Assembly: GCA_040954595.2 (NCBI GenBank)
Contig: CM082581.2
Span: forward strand, 6,130,699 to 6,194,698
Length of the DNA stretch: 64,000 bases
Source of the DNA: Balanoglossus misakiensis
Taxonomy: Eukaryota; Animalia; Hemichordata
Direction: 5' to 3'
Numbering within the stretch: position 1 is the stretch's first letter; each line of letters opens with the position of its first letter. The notes below the pieces were generated by a model. The model saw only the letters and a program-made list of their open reading frames with translations, searched no databases and had not been told where the DNA came from. Shown here one piece after another: positions 19,240-34,600 of the stretch. The translations under genes were made by a program, and so were the position numbers.

Positions 19240-21620
19240 CTGGAATAAAAATAAACAAAGCGTACATAATTAATATGTAGGAAATTTGGGTAATCTTTAC
19301 TCTATTTCATACCATACACAAAACAAAGCTGTCATGGTACCTGGATCGTGTAAAAATGACATAATACAATGTCATATAATTTTCAAGAATATAAGCTAGC
19401 CTTCTTTATCATTGGTGGTTTTCTTACACAGCGCCACCTATCTTATGAACGGACATCATTAAGTTTCGGCAGACCTTACTATGGAGATTTCTGCAAAAAA
19501 ATCTCTTGTGTCAGACGAGCATGTTGTTTTTATAACAGCAACATCCTCTTTCCACAAAGATAGTTTGATATTTACAGATCTTTAGTAAACTACACATATG
19601 GGCGACTCATCGATTTTCGCCTGCTGAATTGCTATTAATGATCCCAATTTGACGAATCTTCTATACTTCAGATAAATTCTCCCCCATAGCGATAGGACGC
19701 GATGTAGCCACCGCTTGAAACGCAAACCAAGAATTGCTAAGTCATTGAAAATTGCGTTTCTCAAAGACTTGGACGTATTATTGGAAATAATCATGACTCC
19801 GGGCCTCGAAACGACGTGACGCTGATGCAGTGGCCACTATACGTACATGTACATGTAAATGGCAGACTAAATGCCAAAATCGAATGAAGATTTGGAAGTG
19901 TACACTAAAACGTTGCATCTTCGATGATACCACTCCGGGCTACGCATGTGCAGATGTAATTCTCTTTATGGAGCCAATTGTTGTGTACTACAACTCAGCG
20001 TTTCTGGTCGCCACTAGCAAGCATCGTCTTGAAATGACAGTTTTAAATCAGATATTCAGTCTGTATATATCCGCCATCGGCTCATTTTTGGATGAACATT
20101 TAAGTCTGTTTCCCGTGCCCATACTTAGTATACACAACGTCCTGTAGATCTATAGGGAATCTCAGAAAAGAGTGGAAACTCTGAACATTAAAGATGTTCT
20201 GGTCCACACGTTTGTAGTAAAACAGGATTGAATCAATTACTGCGAATTGGCGACGTCCACAATGTTTTGCATTTTAATTATCCCCCCAACAATCTTCCAA
20301 AGTCATTTGCAACCGTTGCTATTGGAAACTTTTGCAAGACAGACATCTAACACCGACAAAAATACACATGTTAGTGTATCTTGGGATAATATGTCCGTCC
20401 TGTCAGCGCGTTAATTGTTAATTAGCATAGTCACCAGATAAATAATATTTCCTCTATTACTTCCTAAACGGAACTGATGCGTGGTGTAAACAGTTCTTTG
20501 TGCCGCAAAATGTTGTTATTCCATCTTCTCACGCGACATCCATCAGATATTGCCAAAGTAGGCCTACTATAGTTACGCGGTACAATAGAAATGTTGATAG
20601 CATATACGTGTACTATTACTTCTCCGATATACCATTGATCATGATCGTCATGTTGTTTAAATTTCTGCGCGGTTTATACTAGGTTCTAAATCGATGGCGA
20701 AGATGCAATTATTTTTTATAACAGAACAACATTATCGGATTTACCAACATATGGAATCAAGCGACCGCCAAACACTATTCGGCTCAAGGAGACTACCAAT
20801 CTATGCTCTCCATCAAAGCGAATCAAAGCGACAAAAATGCCTTCGATTTTCAGGTTTGCGGATATCAAAAGTGGAAGGTGGCTTGAAAAAATCTACCTTC
20901 AGTAAACGACTGTGAAACTGACTCGATTCTGTCGGAGCTGATCACGTCTGATTTCCGATGAGTGAAAAGGAAAGGCGATCTCCCGAACGCGAATGTTTGT
21001 GTCTTTGCAGACAGCCCGTTCGTCACGTGACGCGCCTACCAGCCTGCCATGTTGACTCAACATATCATTGACTGGATTTCTTGGAAATTGAAGCCTTCCT
21101 TCTGTATAGTTCCTCAAGTTTATAGTATACGCCTCGAAAACCGAACTCTTAAAATTTCTCTCTCAATTTCTGCTCAAGGCAACTTTTAAATTAGATTATT
21201 CACTCTCAAATATCTATCTAGCAGCGGGATGGGCTCGTCCTATACATGTAACAGCCATCTTTAATAACTTTATAGCGACAATATTCTCCTTTCTTATGAG
21301 GTAATAGTTACCTCGGAACTCCTCGAGGGTGAATACTCTCATGCGGTGCCTTCGCATGCTACTCGACGAGAGGTGTTCGTATTTTTTCTATAATCATGGT
21401 GCTTGAAGGAACACAGTGTCTGTAATGAACGGATTTGCAGACGACAGGAACATCCTTTCTTTTCCTTTGCGGCAGACGTAAGCAATATTTTAATGGACGT
21501 AAAAATCTGGGTCTGTTCGACCTCAAGAAACACTGGCCCACTGAATATGCTAGTAGTTCTGCCGTTGAATACGTGGTATATGAAGAAGTTGTGAAGTTTG
21601 AAAGCATGTAACCTGGTCTC

Positions 21621-21689
21621 CATACCCAGTGTGTTTAGATAGACTCACCCACACTTGTGTGTGAGTCTATCTAAAACACACTGGGTATG
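21621..21689. repeat. Near-perfect inverted repeat (28/29-bp arms)
   Basis: catacccagtgtgtttagatagactcac ... gtgagtctatctaaaacacactgggtatg, one indel. Confidence 0.88.
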
Positions 21690-22974
21690 CTAGAAAGCAT
21701 GAGACTTTTGTAAGTTCATGCCTGTCCCAGAATACACCGGGGCTGTATTTCTGTTCTTGCCTGAAGCGATCGGATGTCAAAACCCAAGGTTATAAAATTG
21801 GTATACTTAAGCTTGCCCCTGTATCGGTTTGCTCATTTTGATAGTAGCTTTTATAAAATGAGTGGATCCGTTCTACGCCATTGTTCACAGTGCATAACAT
21901 TGAGGTTATTTTGATGTCGGTGGGGAACACGGCAAGAAGGGGATTTCGGGATTTTTTTCTGCTTAATAGGAACGCAGGTTCTTGAAATTCTTTTGAAGAT
22001 AAAGTAACCTCGTTTTTTTCAAATGCCCCTCCCCTCTAAGGGTGTGTGTAAAACGCTGCGTCGTCGTGCCAAAAGAGGCTACCGACATATACTTGGGGGC
22101 AAACGCCACCGCGTTTCGTGAGCACTGGTCACGATCAAGTTAGATTACGCCGAAGGTTCTAAAAGGCCCAGCTCGTCAAACCAGCTGCTCGTGCCTTTCA
22201 CGTGAGGGGGATCTATAAATCGTGAAAACACGCGTTGCTTTCCTGCACATTAGCCGGGAATTCTTTGAAATGAACACAGTCCTACGGTTGACGCTCGGGG
22301 TAATGATCGTGACATATTTAACATCTAACCCCCCCCCCCCTTTCCGGGTGACTGAAGCATTTAGCAATTGGTCCTTAAGATCACTGAACACTTACACACA
22401 GTTACGGCGGACGGCAAATAAAGAAAACACAAACGCGACCTATATTACATGATTGATGCCCGTCTTCGAAATTAAGACGACCCGCTGCGTCGAAAGCAAA
22501 ATCAATGTGACACATCAATGCAATCGCCCTCGGGGCCGAGTGTTATTTAACTAATCAATCTCATAATTATTGTTACGTGTATCGTGTAAGCTACCCGTGA
22601 CTGGCTCTGGGTTCATTTCATCACCCGGCATGCCACGGTGAACATCGGGGTGCAGCGTTCCGTACACTTTAATATAAATCATCGGGAAGTTCATGAAAGC
22701 GAACGTTTCGGTTTCCATCAGGATTATCTCGCATTGTGGAGATGGTGCTAAATGTCTTCTCATTGTTAACCGTTCGTGACTTTTACAGGGACTCCCCAGG
22801 GCGCGGTCGAATCCAAGACGAGACGTCTCGGATTCGTGACGTGAGACGGATTCGTTATTCAACGATAATATAATGACATCTAAACACGGAAACAAGATTT
22901 GTGTGCATAGGCGAGAAAAACGAAAAATCGAAAAATCGAAAAACTCCTAAAGTTATATTTTTTTATCCCAGGAC

Positions 22975-23064
<90 letters not shown>
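22975..23064. repeat. (GAT)30 microsatellite
   Basis: Perfect run, directly visible. Confidence 0.97.
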
Positions 23065-23065
<1 letters not shown>

Positions 23066-24090
23066 GCGTTTTTTGCGATTGCGTCACTTTGAGGATGCCG
23101 CAATATCAAGTGTACGCATTCAAACACATGCAAGCAGATGAGACAAGGTAATGTTGTGTTGCGCCGTAGGGTGATTTGTGTGCAGCTGAATGCCATTCCT
23201 ATAAATCAGGGGCGTGGGGCAACAGTCCCACCGGAAGAGTAGTATCGCGGTGATGTTACAGGGTTTGCACGTGATATCTTTTAGAGGGCCACTTGCCGAC
23301 AAAGGATCTATAAAAAATAAGGGATATAACGAAAACAAAAACTAATCAATGTTCTCTAAATTTAGAATTTTTTTTATTAGCGCTCCTCGTTTGGACGCGT
23401 CGTTGCTGCGTCTCTAGCGGTAATGCGACGGCTGATATTGACCTTCAGGGGACAATTACAGCCGTTTCAGTAAGTTCAGTCGCAAATATAGTGAAACGCG
23501 AGATGCATTTAAAAGGGGCTGTTGTAATCTATCATAATGAAAGAAACGGCTCCGGTATTGTGAGGGCAATTTCATTTGCACTCTTGGTCGATTAGAAGAG
23601 AGATTTGGAATGTATGTATGTATGTCTCTTTCTGTCTCTCTCTCTGTCTCTGTAAACGTTTCTCTCAAGGTCTCTACTTCACGTGGATCGATTTTATCAT
23701 CCTTGTTCTTTTCCAACGAGGAGGCCCGGTTCAGCGGGTCAATACTCCGGCGCCAATGCTGTACTTGTTTTTACTACTAACAGTGGGAATCCAACCAGTG
23801 GAAAACACAAACTATGTTTCATCAGGAGGTGTGCGTGTGTGAACACTTTTTGTCGTATTTAGGGGCAAATTATCCAATTAGACATGTCCTTCACGTTACT
23901 GTCGTAAAGTAACTTCATATTGTCTTGTCCATATTGAATTTACAAACCCGCCCACTGAGTTTTCAATACGTGATTTGGCATAAACGGTGCACTTAACACG
24001 ATATGGTATAACATCTCAATATAATAAATAAATTATTTATACATATACATGTAGTGACGCACGTACATGTACTTATATAGTTATGTACGT

Positions 24091-24138
24091 GGATGGATGG
24101 ATGGATGGATGGATGGATGGATGGATGGATGGATGGAT
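24091..24138. repeat. (GGAT)12 microsatellite
   Basis: Directly visible. Confidence 0.95.
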
Positions 24139-25699
24139 GCTATAAAGTCTCGGCTCATCCCATTGCCTACAACAGAGGAGAAGAAAATGCTCTACAGGAC
24201 ATGGATGGTCAGTAGAATAACGAAGATTATTAACGGAAAAGAGGAGATGGCCTTATGGGCAAATTCACACGGATCTGCCCATTCTCTCCCTGACGTCACT
24301 CTCTCGCAAACTCTCTGATGCTCGTCACATTAAACGACCCCCGGTTATATTAACACTGTATCCCATACGTTGAAACTTTCTTGTACCGAAGACGCTAATT
24401 TCATTCGAAAATCGTAATCCGACAAATCCTTTCTTATCCACGGGCGAATTCACGCGCTTACACCTTCACGCCGTTGTACTTGTGAATTAAATCATGTCCC
24501 ACAAGCAAGCCTTCTTACTAGTAAGTCACGTGTCTCGTCCAACAGACTAAACTGCTAAATGTATTAATCTGTCCGTCCCTATCTGTTATTCTTCCCGTGT
24601 CTCTATCCGTCCGTCTGCCTGTCTGCCTTCCCCCGAGTCTCCCATTTGTCGTAACGCTGTATGACGCATGCTGCGTCAGCGGGGACAATTGTTTTAGTAA
24701 GCAAAACGCACTATTCAACCGAATGTCGGAATGAAACATCATTCTCGCCAGCCAGAGACATCGACACAGAAACGGTCGCCGTAAAGAGGTCGTGGTTTAC
24801 GACGACGTGAAACACTTTCCTCGAAGAAATTTAGCGATTCAACGATGAGATTGGATGAGAATTTGTACCGCTCCTCTGCAGGCTACACCATTTTACCCGA
24901 TTTACATTGTAATCATTTTCACTTTTAGCATTTCCCTTCAAAATGCATCGCCCCCTTTTTTCTCTTTGAAGCTTTCTCCTAAAGCAACCCGGTGCGGTGG
25001 GGAAACTGCGGCTGGCCTCAAGCGAGACAATTTCTGGTATCCAATTTTCATGTTCAACTGCAAATTACCAGTATTATATACTGCTGGTAAACTTTTAAGT
25101 GGGCTAAGTTAGCAAATGTGGAAGCGGCGAAATCTTTGAAGAGCGGCGCACAACTTTCCCGCCCGAAGACTCTCATCAGACTCGTGTGATCATGGGAGTG
25201 TTGAGTTGTAACAAATAATAGTCAACCCACACATATCGACGTGGGAGTTACGTTGCATCTTTTTTCTTGAATATATACCCACCGAGATGGCGGCGCTAGC
25301 TGATGGCATATGCCCACCATATTAACTAATTTAATGGCGGCGCGATACAAAGACCGCTGCTCGCCGGAAGTGTTAAGTTCACTTCATTGTATCTGATAAC
25401 TAATGACGTACCAACAATCACCGCCTGTTATTACGAGAATTAGTTTTCTAGGGCTCCTCGGGAGACGCGCGATAGTTTCTCGCCACTAGGAGCACTTAGT
25501 GTGTTTTTATTTCTTCGCAAGCCACCTGGGTCACACGAGTATTACAATCAATTTCGTGATAAATTACACTTGCACTAGCCCCTGGGAAAATATTAGACAT
25601 CCACGAGACCAAGCTCATTGCGTGTTGGGTATTCTCTTAACAGTGATATGGTCCATATGCAATGACATCCATTTTGTTCGGCGATTTTGTAAGTGGCAC

Positions 25700-25763
25700 T
25701 GGTTGGTTGGTCGGTCGGTCGGTTGGTTGGTTGACTGGTGTGTGGGAGGGTTGGTGGGTGGTT
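25700..25763. repeat. Degenerate (GGTT)/(GGTC) repeat
   Basis: Directly visible. Confidence 0.7.
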
Positions 25764-28544
25764 AGTTACATGTAGGCTTTTAGTTGTATGATATCACGAA
25801 TGGCTCTCTTAATGATGTAATTTGACATGGCGTATTCGCTGTCCTACCGTCACCTCACCTGTACACTGTATAAAGAAATGGCAAGGTCTCATTCGTCATA
25901 GCTGCCTTATGGTTCCCGTACATGTTATTTCCGTAAATCTATCTACCTGGTTGCCTAAGATGTCAATCTCGCCGGAAAGGGAACAGCCAGCAATGTTTTA
26001 GCTTTATCAAGTTAACATGTTTTTACCTGTCATTTTCCTACAGACGACATATCGCGTGTGATTATGTGCACGTCGAGAAACCGTGTGTGTATCTCTGATT
26101 ATTATGTTCCCTGAAGCCGCGCAGTCGTTGTTCGGAAATGAGTTTCACAGAGACTGTCAGTTTCGGCCAGAAAGCATTTTATGAAAATGAGAATATACAC
26201 TGTGGAAGACAGTCTGAGAGTTGTAGGATATGTGGTCAGTAGACCATGATATTCGGAACTCCACGATATTGTGCGAGATCTCTGAGGAAAATTAGACAAG
26301 TCTCGCGAGATCTTGCAATGAGCGGAAACTCGTCTACTTGTGTTTCTGTTCACGCCAGAAGTCGCTGACTCGCGCTAATACCTCACAATAGAGAACGCAC
26401 ACTGACTTCCCCATTGTACATTAACTGTCAATGACACCAACACTGCACTACCAACACCACCACAATTAACCACCATCATTATCGTCGTTTGTTTCTTACA
26501 TGTATAGCCACCCCCATCTCGTACACTCCTTACGCACAAACCGCAACCAATAGATAATGAACACTCGACGCCATTATCACTCTGGATCATCGCACGCGGC
26601 CAATGGAATCTGGATGAGAATCTGCGTGACGATGCACAGGAATGCGTCATCATACCACTACAAGCACCTGCACATCGGAGAGATTCTGCAACGATATCCC
26701 AGGTAGCCCGACGCCGCTGCGAATAACGCAATTGAACCCTTATTGCTTCAGTCGGATTTTTCCCATCAAAGGATTCCGACGAATACGGATAAATGCATTT
26801 TATGATTACGTGAATGGGCAGCAGCCTCGTAAGGCGCACCCTTAATCAATGGCATCCCCTTGGCAGTTAGTTACAAGTGCGGTATCGAATATCACCGCTG
26901 AGGGTGAATGGCACCTCAAATGACTTGCTTCGTGCAGGAGTCACTATAGGTTACAGTCCACTTTATAGCAGCACCGTCATTGCTCGTCCGATGTTTTATG
27001 GACGTCTTTAAGTTAGACCGTTTTATTCCTTTCTGAAGGATACTGATAGTTCGACCTCCTCCGTTTTGCCATTCGCTTAATACATGTTATTCAGAAAAGC
27101 GATATTGCGCCGTAAATTAAAAGAAAAAACTGACGTCCAGGCAAAATAACAAGAGTGGCGAAGTCACCTATACTGCACAGGGAAAGCGGCGCCATTGCAA
27201 TTATCAAAAAAGCTGGGTAATAAAACCCCATAGCCCTGTACAGTTTGTTAAATTTCTGAGGGTGTTACATGTACAGTGTATTTCCGGCGGGTCTAAATCA
27301 AAGCACATTAAGTTACGTGAATGACATTTCGGTTCTTGGATTAGCACTGCTCCTCAGGTATCGATGGAGGACAGAGAATTTGACTTCCGGTGCTGCAAAC
27401 GGTGACGATACACTTGCAAAGACGTATAAAACATGTTCTATTGGAAATATTCTGTCGCAAATGCCACGGAGCCACTCTATAAAAGCGTAACAGCGAGGGA
27501 GCGCCGACAATTACATACACGAATCTCGAGAACCAAGCATTCCGTGGTAGACACATGTTTTAAACGTTCTAGGTTGTCTTTTTCTGTGATCTCCTGTGGA
27601 AGATTCAGTATCTCTCTCTCATCATGGAAGTAGAGATTATCCCGACATGATACGCACACACCACTGCAGCCAAATGACCACTAGAGACGCTGATAATACG
27701 GAAAACAGCCATGAAATAAGTAATACCTGTAATAAGAACATGGTAAGTTCTTGAAAGAACATCTAGCATACATGTAAGGAGGCTTAATGTTAAACATTGT
27801 ATAGTTATCTCATAACAAATGTACTGCCTCATAATTCAAAGGCTAGATAAGACAGAGATGAATATTTAATAGATGACATCTACCTATACGGAATAAAAAA
27901 AGCTTAATACATGACTAATACTTGTAAATCGAAAACTAAACTTCCACTTTTTATAGGTAGTTCTATATACCGCTAAACCATTTGGTGGAATATGCTGACA
28001 ATGGATCTTTTTGCCTTCATATTTAAAAGTGTTCCACTGTTTCTGGTTTTCCGCGCGTAAAGTACAGCCGAAGGGAAATTCAAATTGTTGGCGAAAAAAA
28101 ATGTTTGAAAATACGCCCAAGCGAACTCCCATGGTATATTTATATCTTCCGGATATGTACAATGTGTGGGCTGAAGATAATTAATCCTTCCATAAAGTAG
28201 ATGATCACGATTCACTTACTAGTAATCTTGGCAATTAACAGGCATTTGCTATTAATCCCTCGTCATATTTATATCCATACATGCACAATGTACATCTTGG
28301 GGTCATTTCACAATTAAGGTAACTCAGGCTCTTAACGACCATTTCCTTCTTTTTCCCCCAAGAAGGCAATGGAGAGATTAAATAATCAATTTGCAGTGGG
28401 ATTAACAGTTTAAGTAAATTGAGGGTTTTCAATAAAAAAATGGATTAATTTTTGACGAGCAAAGCTACAGTTTCGAACTGGTTTATCAAGGGCACAGAAA
28501 CAGGATTTGCATGCTGATTAATACACAGTTGCTTCATCTGTCAC

Positions 28545-28573
28545 GATTGATTGATTGATTGATTGATTGATTC

Positions 28574-28604
<31 letters not shown>
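28545..28604. repeat. Compound (GATT)n(GACA)n microsatellite
   Basis: Directly visible. Confidence 0.93.
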
Positions 28605-31600
28605 TGCATCTAGCTGTTGGTATTTTTTCTTTGGTAATGCATTCCCTTTTTTGTACATTCCAACTAAAAGATGAGCTCGTGAACGACACGTCAATCCATT
28701 TCAGCCCGCGATTTCCCATGTAAATTGCGCAAGGGGAAAAAAATATGTGAAGTGAAATTGAAGACATATAGGCCCTTCCGATTGCCACGGTAACCGATGA
28801 TTGTTCCTACTTAATACCCCTCGTGGGGAAACCAGATGACTGCTCAATAATGCATCGAAGTTCCCTGCGTATTTCCATCGCAAATGAGCACCCGTATCAG
28901 CTTGCTGACCGAATCGCGTCGGTGCGGTAAAATCGGAGATGCACGGAACGCCGCAGCCTGACTGCACACGCCGCGTTCTCGCTCGCTGCTCTATTCCATT
29001 TCTCGCTTGAAGGGGTTCCCCCAGAAACACTGCGCACAGGACAAGAATGCAACGGCGTGTGTCTCTCGATTTTTCCCCCGGCAAATGTCACATTTTCATA
29101 CTAACTTGCAAATAGATATCTACGAAGTCGAACCTAATGGGCTGCTGACAAGGAACGGTGCGCTCAAACCGAGGCATCGAACTTTGACAGGACAGTGTTC
29201 CCTGCAGGCTAATTATTAGACATTTGCAGAAGTTATTGTCGTGCGAGAGCCACAGGTGAATTAGAAATTACCGGTCGCTTCTCTACGCGAGACGGATGAC
29301 ATTCTCCTCGTCTCGCCGGGGCGGTTTGGCTCCCCCTTTTTAACTCGGGGTCGACTCACGCAGTGTGCTCGAGATTGCGTTTTGTTCCGAGCGACTGTCG
29401 ACTGTCAGCGGAATCGTTGATCTGTCACGTAAAAAAGTTCAGCGTACTAAAGCGAGGAACACAATTAGGAGAGCGTCATTCACTCGAGGTTGAATCACTG
29501 CGTCGAGTTCTATCAGTACTTTTATTTCGTCAGTCGATGGCACAGGGAAAGACAGTGTTCCACGTTATCGGCGGGAAGATTTTTGAAGAACTTTCACTGC
29601 ATGGTTTATGTACACGAGATGTTACTACTTTGACTGGGGGCGTCCTTATGTCACCCTGGCACCCCGAGTTTCCTGCGACACCCGAGAAAATGTGCAGACT
29701 TTCCCGGGGGATCGTGCGGTGTTTTTGCCGACATTTTGAGAACGATGACGCACAACACCTAAATGCGTTCCAATTTGTAGCAGTTCCGTATTTTTGCTGC
29801 AATTTAGCGCTTATTTTGCATAAAATGTCCTAATATGAAGATAAAGACGAAAATTACGGCGTTTACAATGTCCGGGATCAGGAGAAGGTGTGACAGAAAC
29901 CATTACGAATTGAAGGTAGACAGGTTTTGTGAGATATTAATCTCCATAAAGTAATGTCTCGGCGACACTATTATTTTATAATTTCACGTGATCCTCATAC
30001 AGAAATGTATATACCCGCTCACAGAGACGCTGATGCTTTGAAATTGATGACTATATCAGATGTTCTTACTTGTAGGAGCTTGGGACCGACTTTGATTATA
30101 GTTTAATACTGAATGCTGTTGCCTATAGTCACTCGATCATAATAGAAATTGGTATAGGCCCTATTCATCAGGGGCTGGGTTTAATTAAAACGGGAATGTG
30201 AACTCCGTATTCTCCTGGCATTCACGATGCGCATTAAACCTGTCTGTGTCGTTCTACAGAACTGTAGATACGGTGGCCCAAAATGACATTAACCAAAGTA
30301 TCACTCACAACTGCATGTATATACATGTACATGTACTAACTTTTTACCATAGTGTAAGAACCCCCGATGTCACAAGATTGACAGCGATTTTATTTCTGAT
30401 TTTGGCGACTTTAGAAATCATACAGGCTTTGTCGGGTTTTTGGTCCTCACGTCCCGCCTGGCGGGCCTAAATAACAGTATACGTTCCTAGGCGACAGGTG
30501 CCTCGGGCCAGGCTATAGCTGAGCACGGACGGTAATCGCCCGGAAAAATCAATAGGCGTTCGCAAATATCAAAGTTTCCTCGTCCGTCGACGTTAACACG
30601 CTATCGAGTGTGTGTGCCATATGCGCTGGCGCAGGCCCTCCAGATATGATTACTTCTCGCTCAGTGCCACTTTGGGTACCCTCCATCAGTTGCACTATGC
30701 GAGACGTGTACGGTGGCTGGAATTCTCGTGAGTCTGGTATAGGCCTACATCGTCTTTGAAACGCGAAACTCTCCTCGCTCAACCTCGGCCGGATCTCCCC
30801 CCACAGGGCACTCCCAGTCACGGCCAGGCTTAAAAGAAAATGACATCTGAGAGTTCCTTTGGTGATAAGTGTGACAGTGTTTTGTTCGTGGCAAGCATAT
30901 CACACAGTGGCTTAAACATACTTAGTCGTTACGAGTGTGAAATCAATATCCGATAAGGAAGTAAAAGATTAATACTGTATACGACCTTGCCAACTGAGAC
31001 AAAACAAGCTCTGTGGCAAATGGACAAGCTGGACTGCCATGCCGCGTCGTTAATACATACATGAACTCAATAATTTAGCAAACTCGTCTGCCAGACTTGC
31101 TGTTCGCTTACACGAAGTTACCTGATTATTTTACACCGGGTAAAGTTGTTGTGTCTCCTATGCGGACACAACTCTTTCCATATAGCCTGGTGGTGAGCGG
31201 TTCTTTCGAACTTTGCAAATATTAAAGGCAAACCCCTCAACGACATTAAAGGGAGTAAAAAAACACGCCGAAATAAATAATCTGTGTTTACCATTTATTT
31301 ATTTTAGCGAGATTTTTACTCTCGTATCCAACAAACAGGCTGGACGAAAGCGAGTGGGCTCCACATATAACATTCGTGAAACACATCGGGTTAATCATTG
31401 TATAGTTCAGACAAGTGCGGCTGTGGCAAAAGCCCTTTAGATTAGGCTTTTGCTAAAGAGACAGGGCGATGACTTCATTCCTGTCAGTCAGAATAGCCAT
31501 GTCCAAAAGGGATGGCGAATAGATATTGACGACCTTCATCACCGTAGAACGCAGGACGCGTGACATTCAGTTTACTCGCGTGAATCGGTGAGATAGATGT

Positions 31601-34600
31601 ATATAGGGAGAGTTGTCCCGTTCGTCGCGTTGGGGAGAAAAACATGACGCATCACGTATGTCCCGGACACCACTGAATCTCTCGCCGCTTCAATTCCGCC
31701 ACCGATGACGCACGCCACTTCAAACCGACATTACCGTAAAACATTTTAAACGTATTCTTTATCTCATAAACTCGCCAAACCAGGCGAATCTGTTGAGCTG
31801 ATTTAAACCTTTTAGAGTTTCAGTAATTGGTCATTACTTACGCGCGCACTTTACTCATTGCGCGGTGGTGTTAACTGCAGGCCAGGGACACTTCAAGACA
31901 TTATCTAAATGCCCTTCATTGAAATCGCAGACGGTGGGTTTGTTAAGATTAATTTTGGCACCTTCGTTATTCGGCATGCAGTGCTGTTGAATCCAGTACA
32001 TTTCCAGCGTTGAACTGCTAATAACATCTACGCTCATGCCATCCGTAAAACAAAAGGGGCATTAATATATTTGCGGTGGTCTATCTTAGTTTCAAAATTT
32101 TACGGCAAGAAACCGCCATGTACATTGTAAGCAACAGTGCAATAGTGCAACAGGTGGAACAATTTTGAACACACGTGCTCTGGTGATCGATCATGAACGT
32201 GGCCCGCTTCGGTCACATGGCATACTTTCAAGGGAACTCCGCCAACGACAATGTATAAACAACATTGAAGACTACCACCTGTGTGAAACATAATGCTGTT
32301 TTCACGTCATGTAAATTTAGATCGCGTGGCATTTATCATTGGAAAACAAGATAACTAAGCTTCCACGTTCGATTCTGTGCGAAGGAGCAGGTTTATTCTC
32401 CGACTGGCTTGTTGCATCAGTCGGTACGGTAGGTTTCGAGCTCGGATCCATAAAATACACAACCGTGTTTATATCGTACACGTTCTATACATGTACTTAG
32501 TTATGTCCCTAAACTGATTACATATGTAGACGAAGAGTGGTTTGAATCATATATTGTTAACAGTCACCTCTCCTCCGAAGCACTGCGCGGAATTCGCTTG
32601 TATATTACAAATGACATAAGAAAACGTTAAACCAAGTCATCATTTTGTAGCTGGCAGCAGTGGGACTTCCGGACAGTTATAAAGATGCCAATTTGTACAG
32701 ACTTAACTTTTTCAGTATACCAGAATTGTTCTGTCTTAAATCGATTCACTCGGTGCCTGCAGCAGGAACTGTCGTCTAAACAAGGGTATTTGCCATAGAC
32801 TGAGGTGCCCGGCAGCACCGGCAGCCCACGTGTTGTCTCGCGGGGTTGGTGTACGTGCCCCAGTAATGCCCAATACTGGAGAGAAAACCGTGTTTTCCCT
32901 TGTTAACATCCACTCATACAAGTATTAAGGGTCACAAATCCTACAGAGTACACCGACCCCCTGGGAACAGCATAGAAAACATATATCCTGATTAATGTCA
33001 GACTTCCTCGAACATATGTAAGCCAGTTTCTATCTTTCCGATTTTGTAGAACACAAACTGGGACAATTGTGAACACGCGCTGCTTAGTGCCTCGTGAATA
33101 GTCGCCACGTCACGTTGATGAAATATTTAGCTTCGACCATTCTCATTTCCCACGAGAAACATTTCTTTTGATTTGCCATTACAACTTGGCGGAGAACACA
33201 CCCAGTTGAAATGTTACTTACTTCCAGAAAAGACGAACTTCAAAATGGTTTACGTCAGCACATACATGTATGGAAACTGAACATTTCAATTTCTTTCATG
33301 ACGCATAAAATGCATATAGAGTCGTGGCATTACTACGTCATCCTCAAAAATTTGCATTCATCTGCTGGCTTCATAACAACAATCATAACCGTTATGTACG
33401 TCATATCCGTTTGAACGGAGAAGTGCCGTGACAGAAATATTCAGCAAGGAGCTAGACAATATGTGTTTGCAATAGCATATCAATTGGGAGTTTTGATTCA
33501 TTTTAGCCATCGAATTCATTTGAGTTTAACTGTCATTCTCACAAGCAATGATGTCTACATATTGAAACTGCAAATGTTACCCGCACACGCTTTTTGTGAT
33601 TACCATATCTTTGACACAAGACATGTTTGTCCTTCCTTCGTGCATTTTGTAAACGAGGTAATGGGATGGGACGGACTGCCAGTTCTGCACAGTGGGTGGA
33701 AGCCGTATATTAAAGCAAACGTTTTGATAAGATACATACATGTATTGCAGTATCTCAATGACATCATTCTACAGTAAAATCACATTTACTTCACCAAGGT
33801 CATTAAAGAATTAGAAAGAGCCTATTCAGACTTGCCCTTCAATGAACTCTACTTGATTCCTCGAGGGTTATCTTCTCCATAATAACAAATGCACTTTCTC
33901 TTACATTTTGAACGACTTGTCCGATGCATCCAGTCATCAATAAACAGTTTCTTTCATTTAGCGAATAGAGACATTACGCTCGACCCCAGAGGCCCGGTCG
34001 ATTTGAGGTGATATGAGTATTAGAGAGGTGTGTATAGAAGCTGTTTTTGTGTTTCTACTGAAAGTGCAATGTATACACACAGTCATTGTATTATATGGAG
34101 TCATTGGCCTTAACTTCCACGAGAAGCTTTCGACAGAAGTGTGGACAGATGGAACAGACGGAATAAAAAAAACGGCGTCACGACTATAGATGTTGGGAAT
34201 AATTTAGCACCCCTCACGAGCAAATCGTTTTCATGTATTCGCATGCAACTATAGCATTGAGGTTGCGGAGTTTGCTGTTATCGGAAAATAGCGATTGTGG
34301 TGTGCATACAATTGAAGGAAGTCCTCCCATAGTGCGGTACATGAAGTGATTCTCTGGGGTTTTGCACCGTGTGCAGCGACCAACAAAACGTGCTGACACG
34401 TCTGTTGATGCAGCCGGGAAATACGGCGCAATGGCGATAGTGTTATTTTCGATAACGCTGCATTCAAGGCTTGCGCTTTGAACGCCATGTATTGTGCGTG
34501 CCCTCGGCTTCGCGGACTTTTTGCCTTTCAGACTCTAAGGCGTTCGTTGAAATGTCGAAATCGCCGCCAGTAAATCTCGATAACCTGCGACGTGCATCTT

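Noticed and set aside
22901-23196. Poly-Met and poly-Ile ORFs
   Set aside because: Translations of the (GAT)30 microsatellite.
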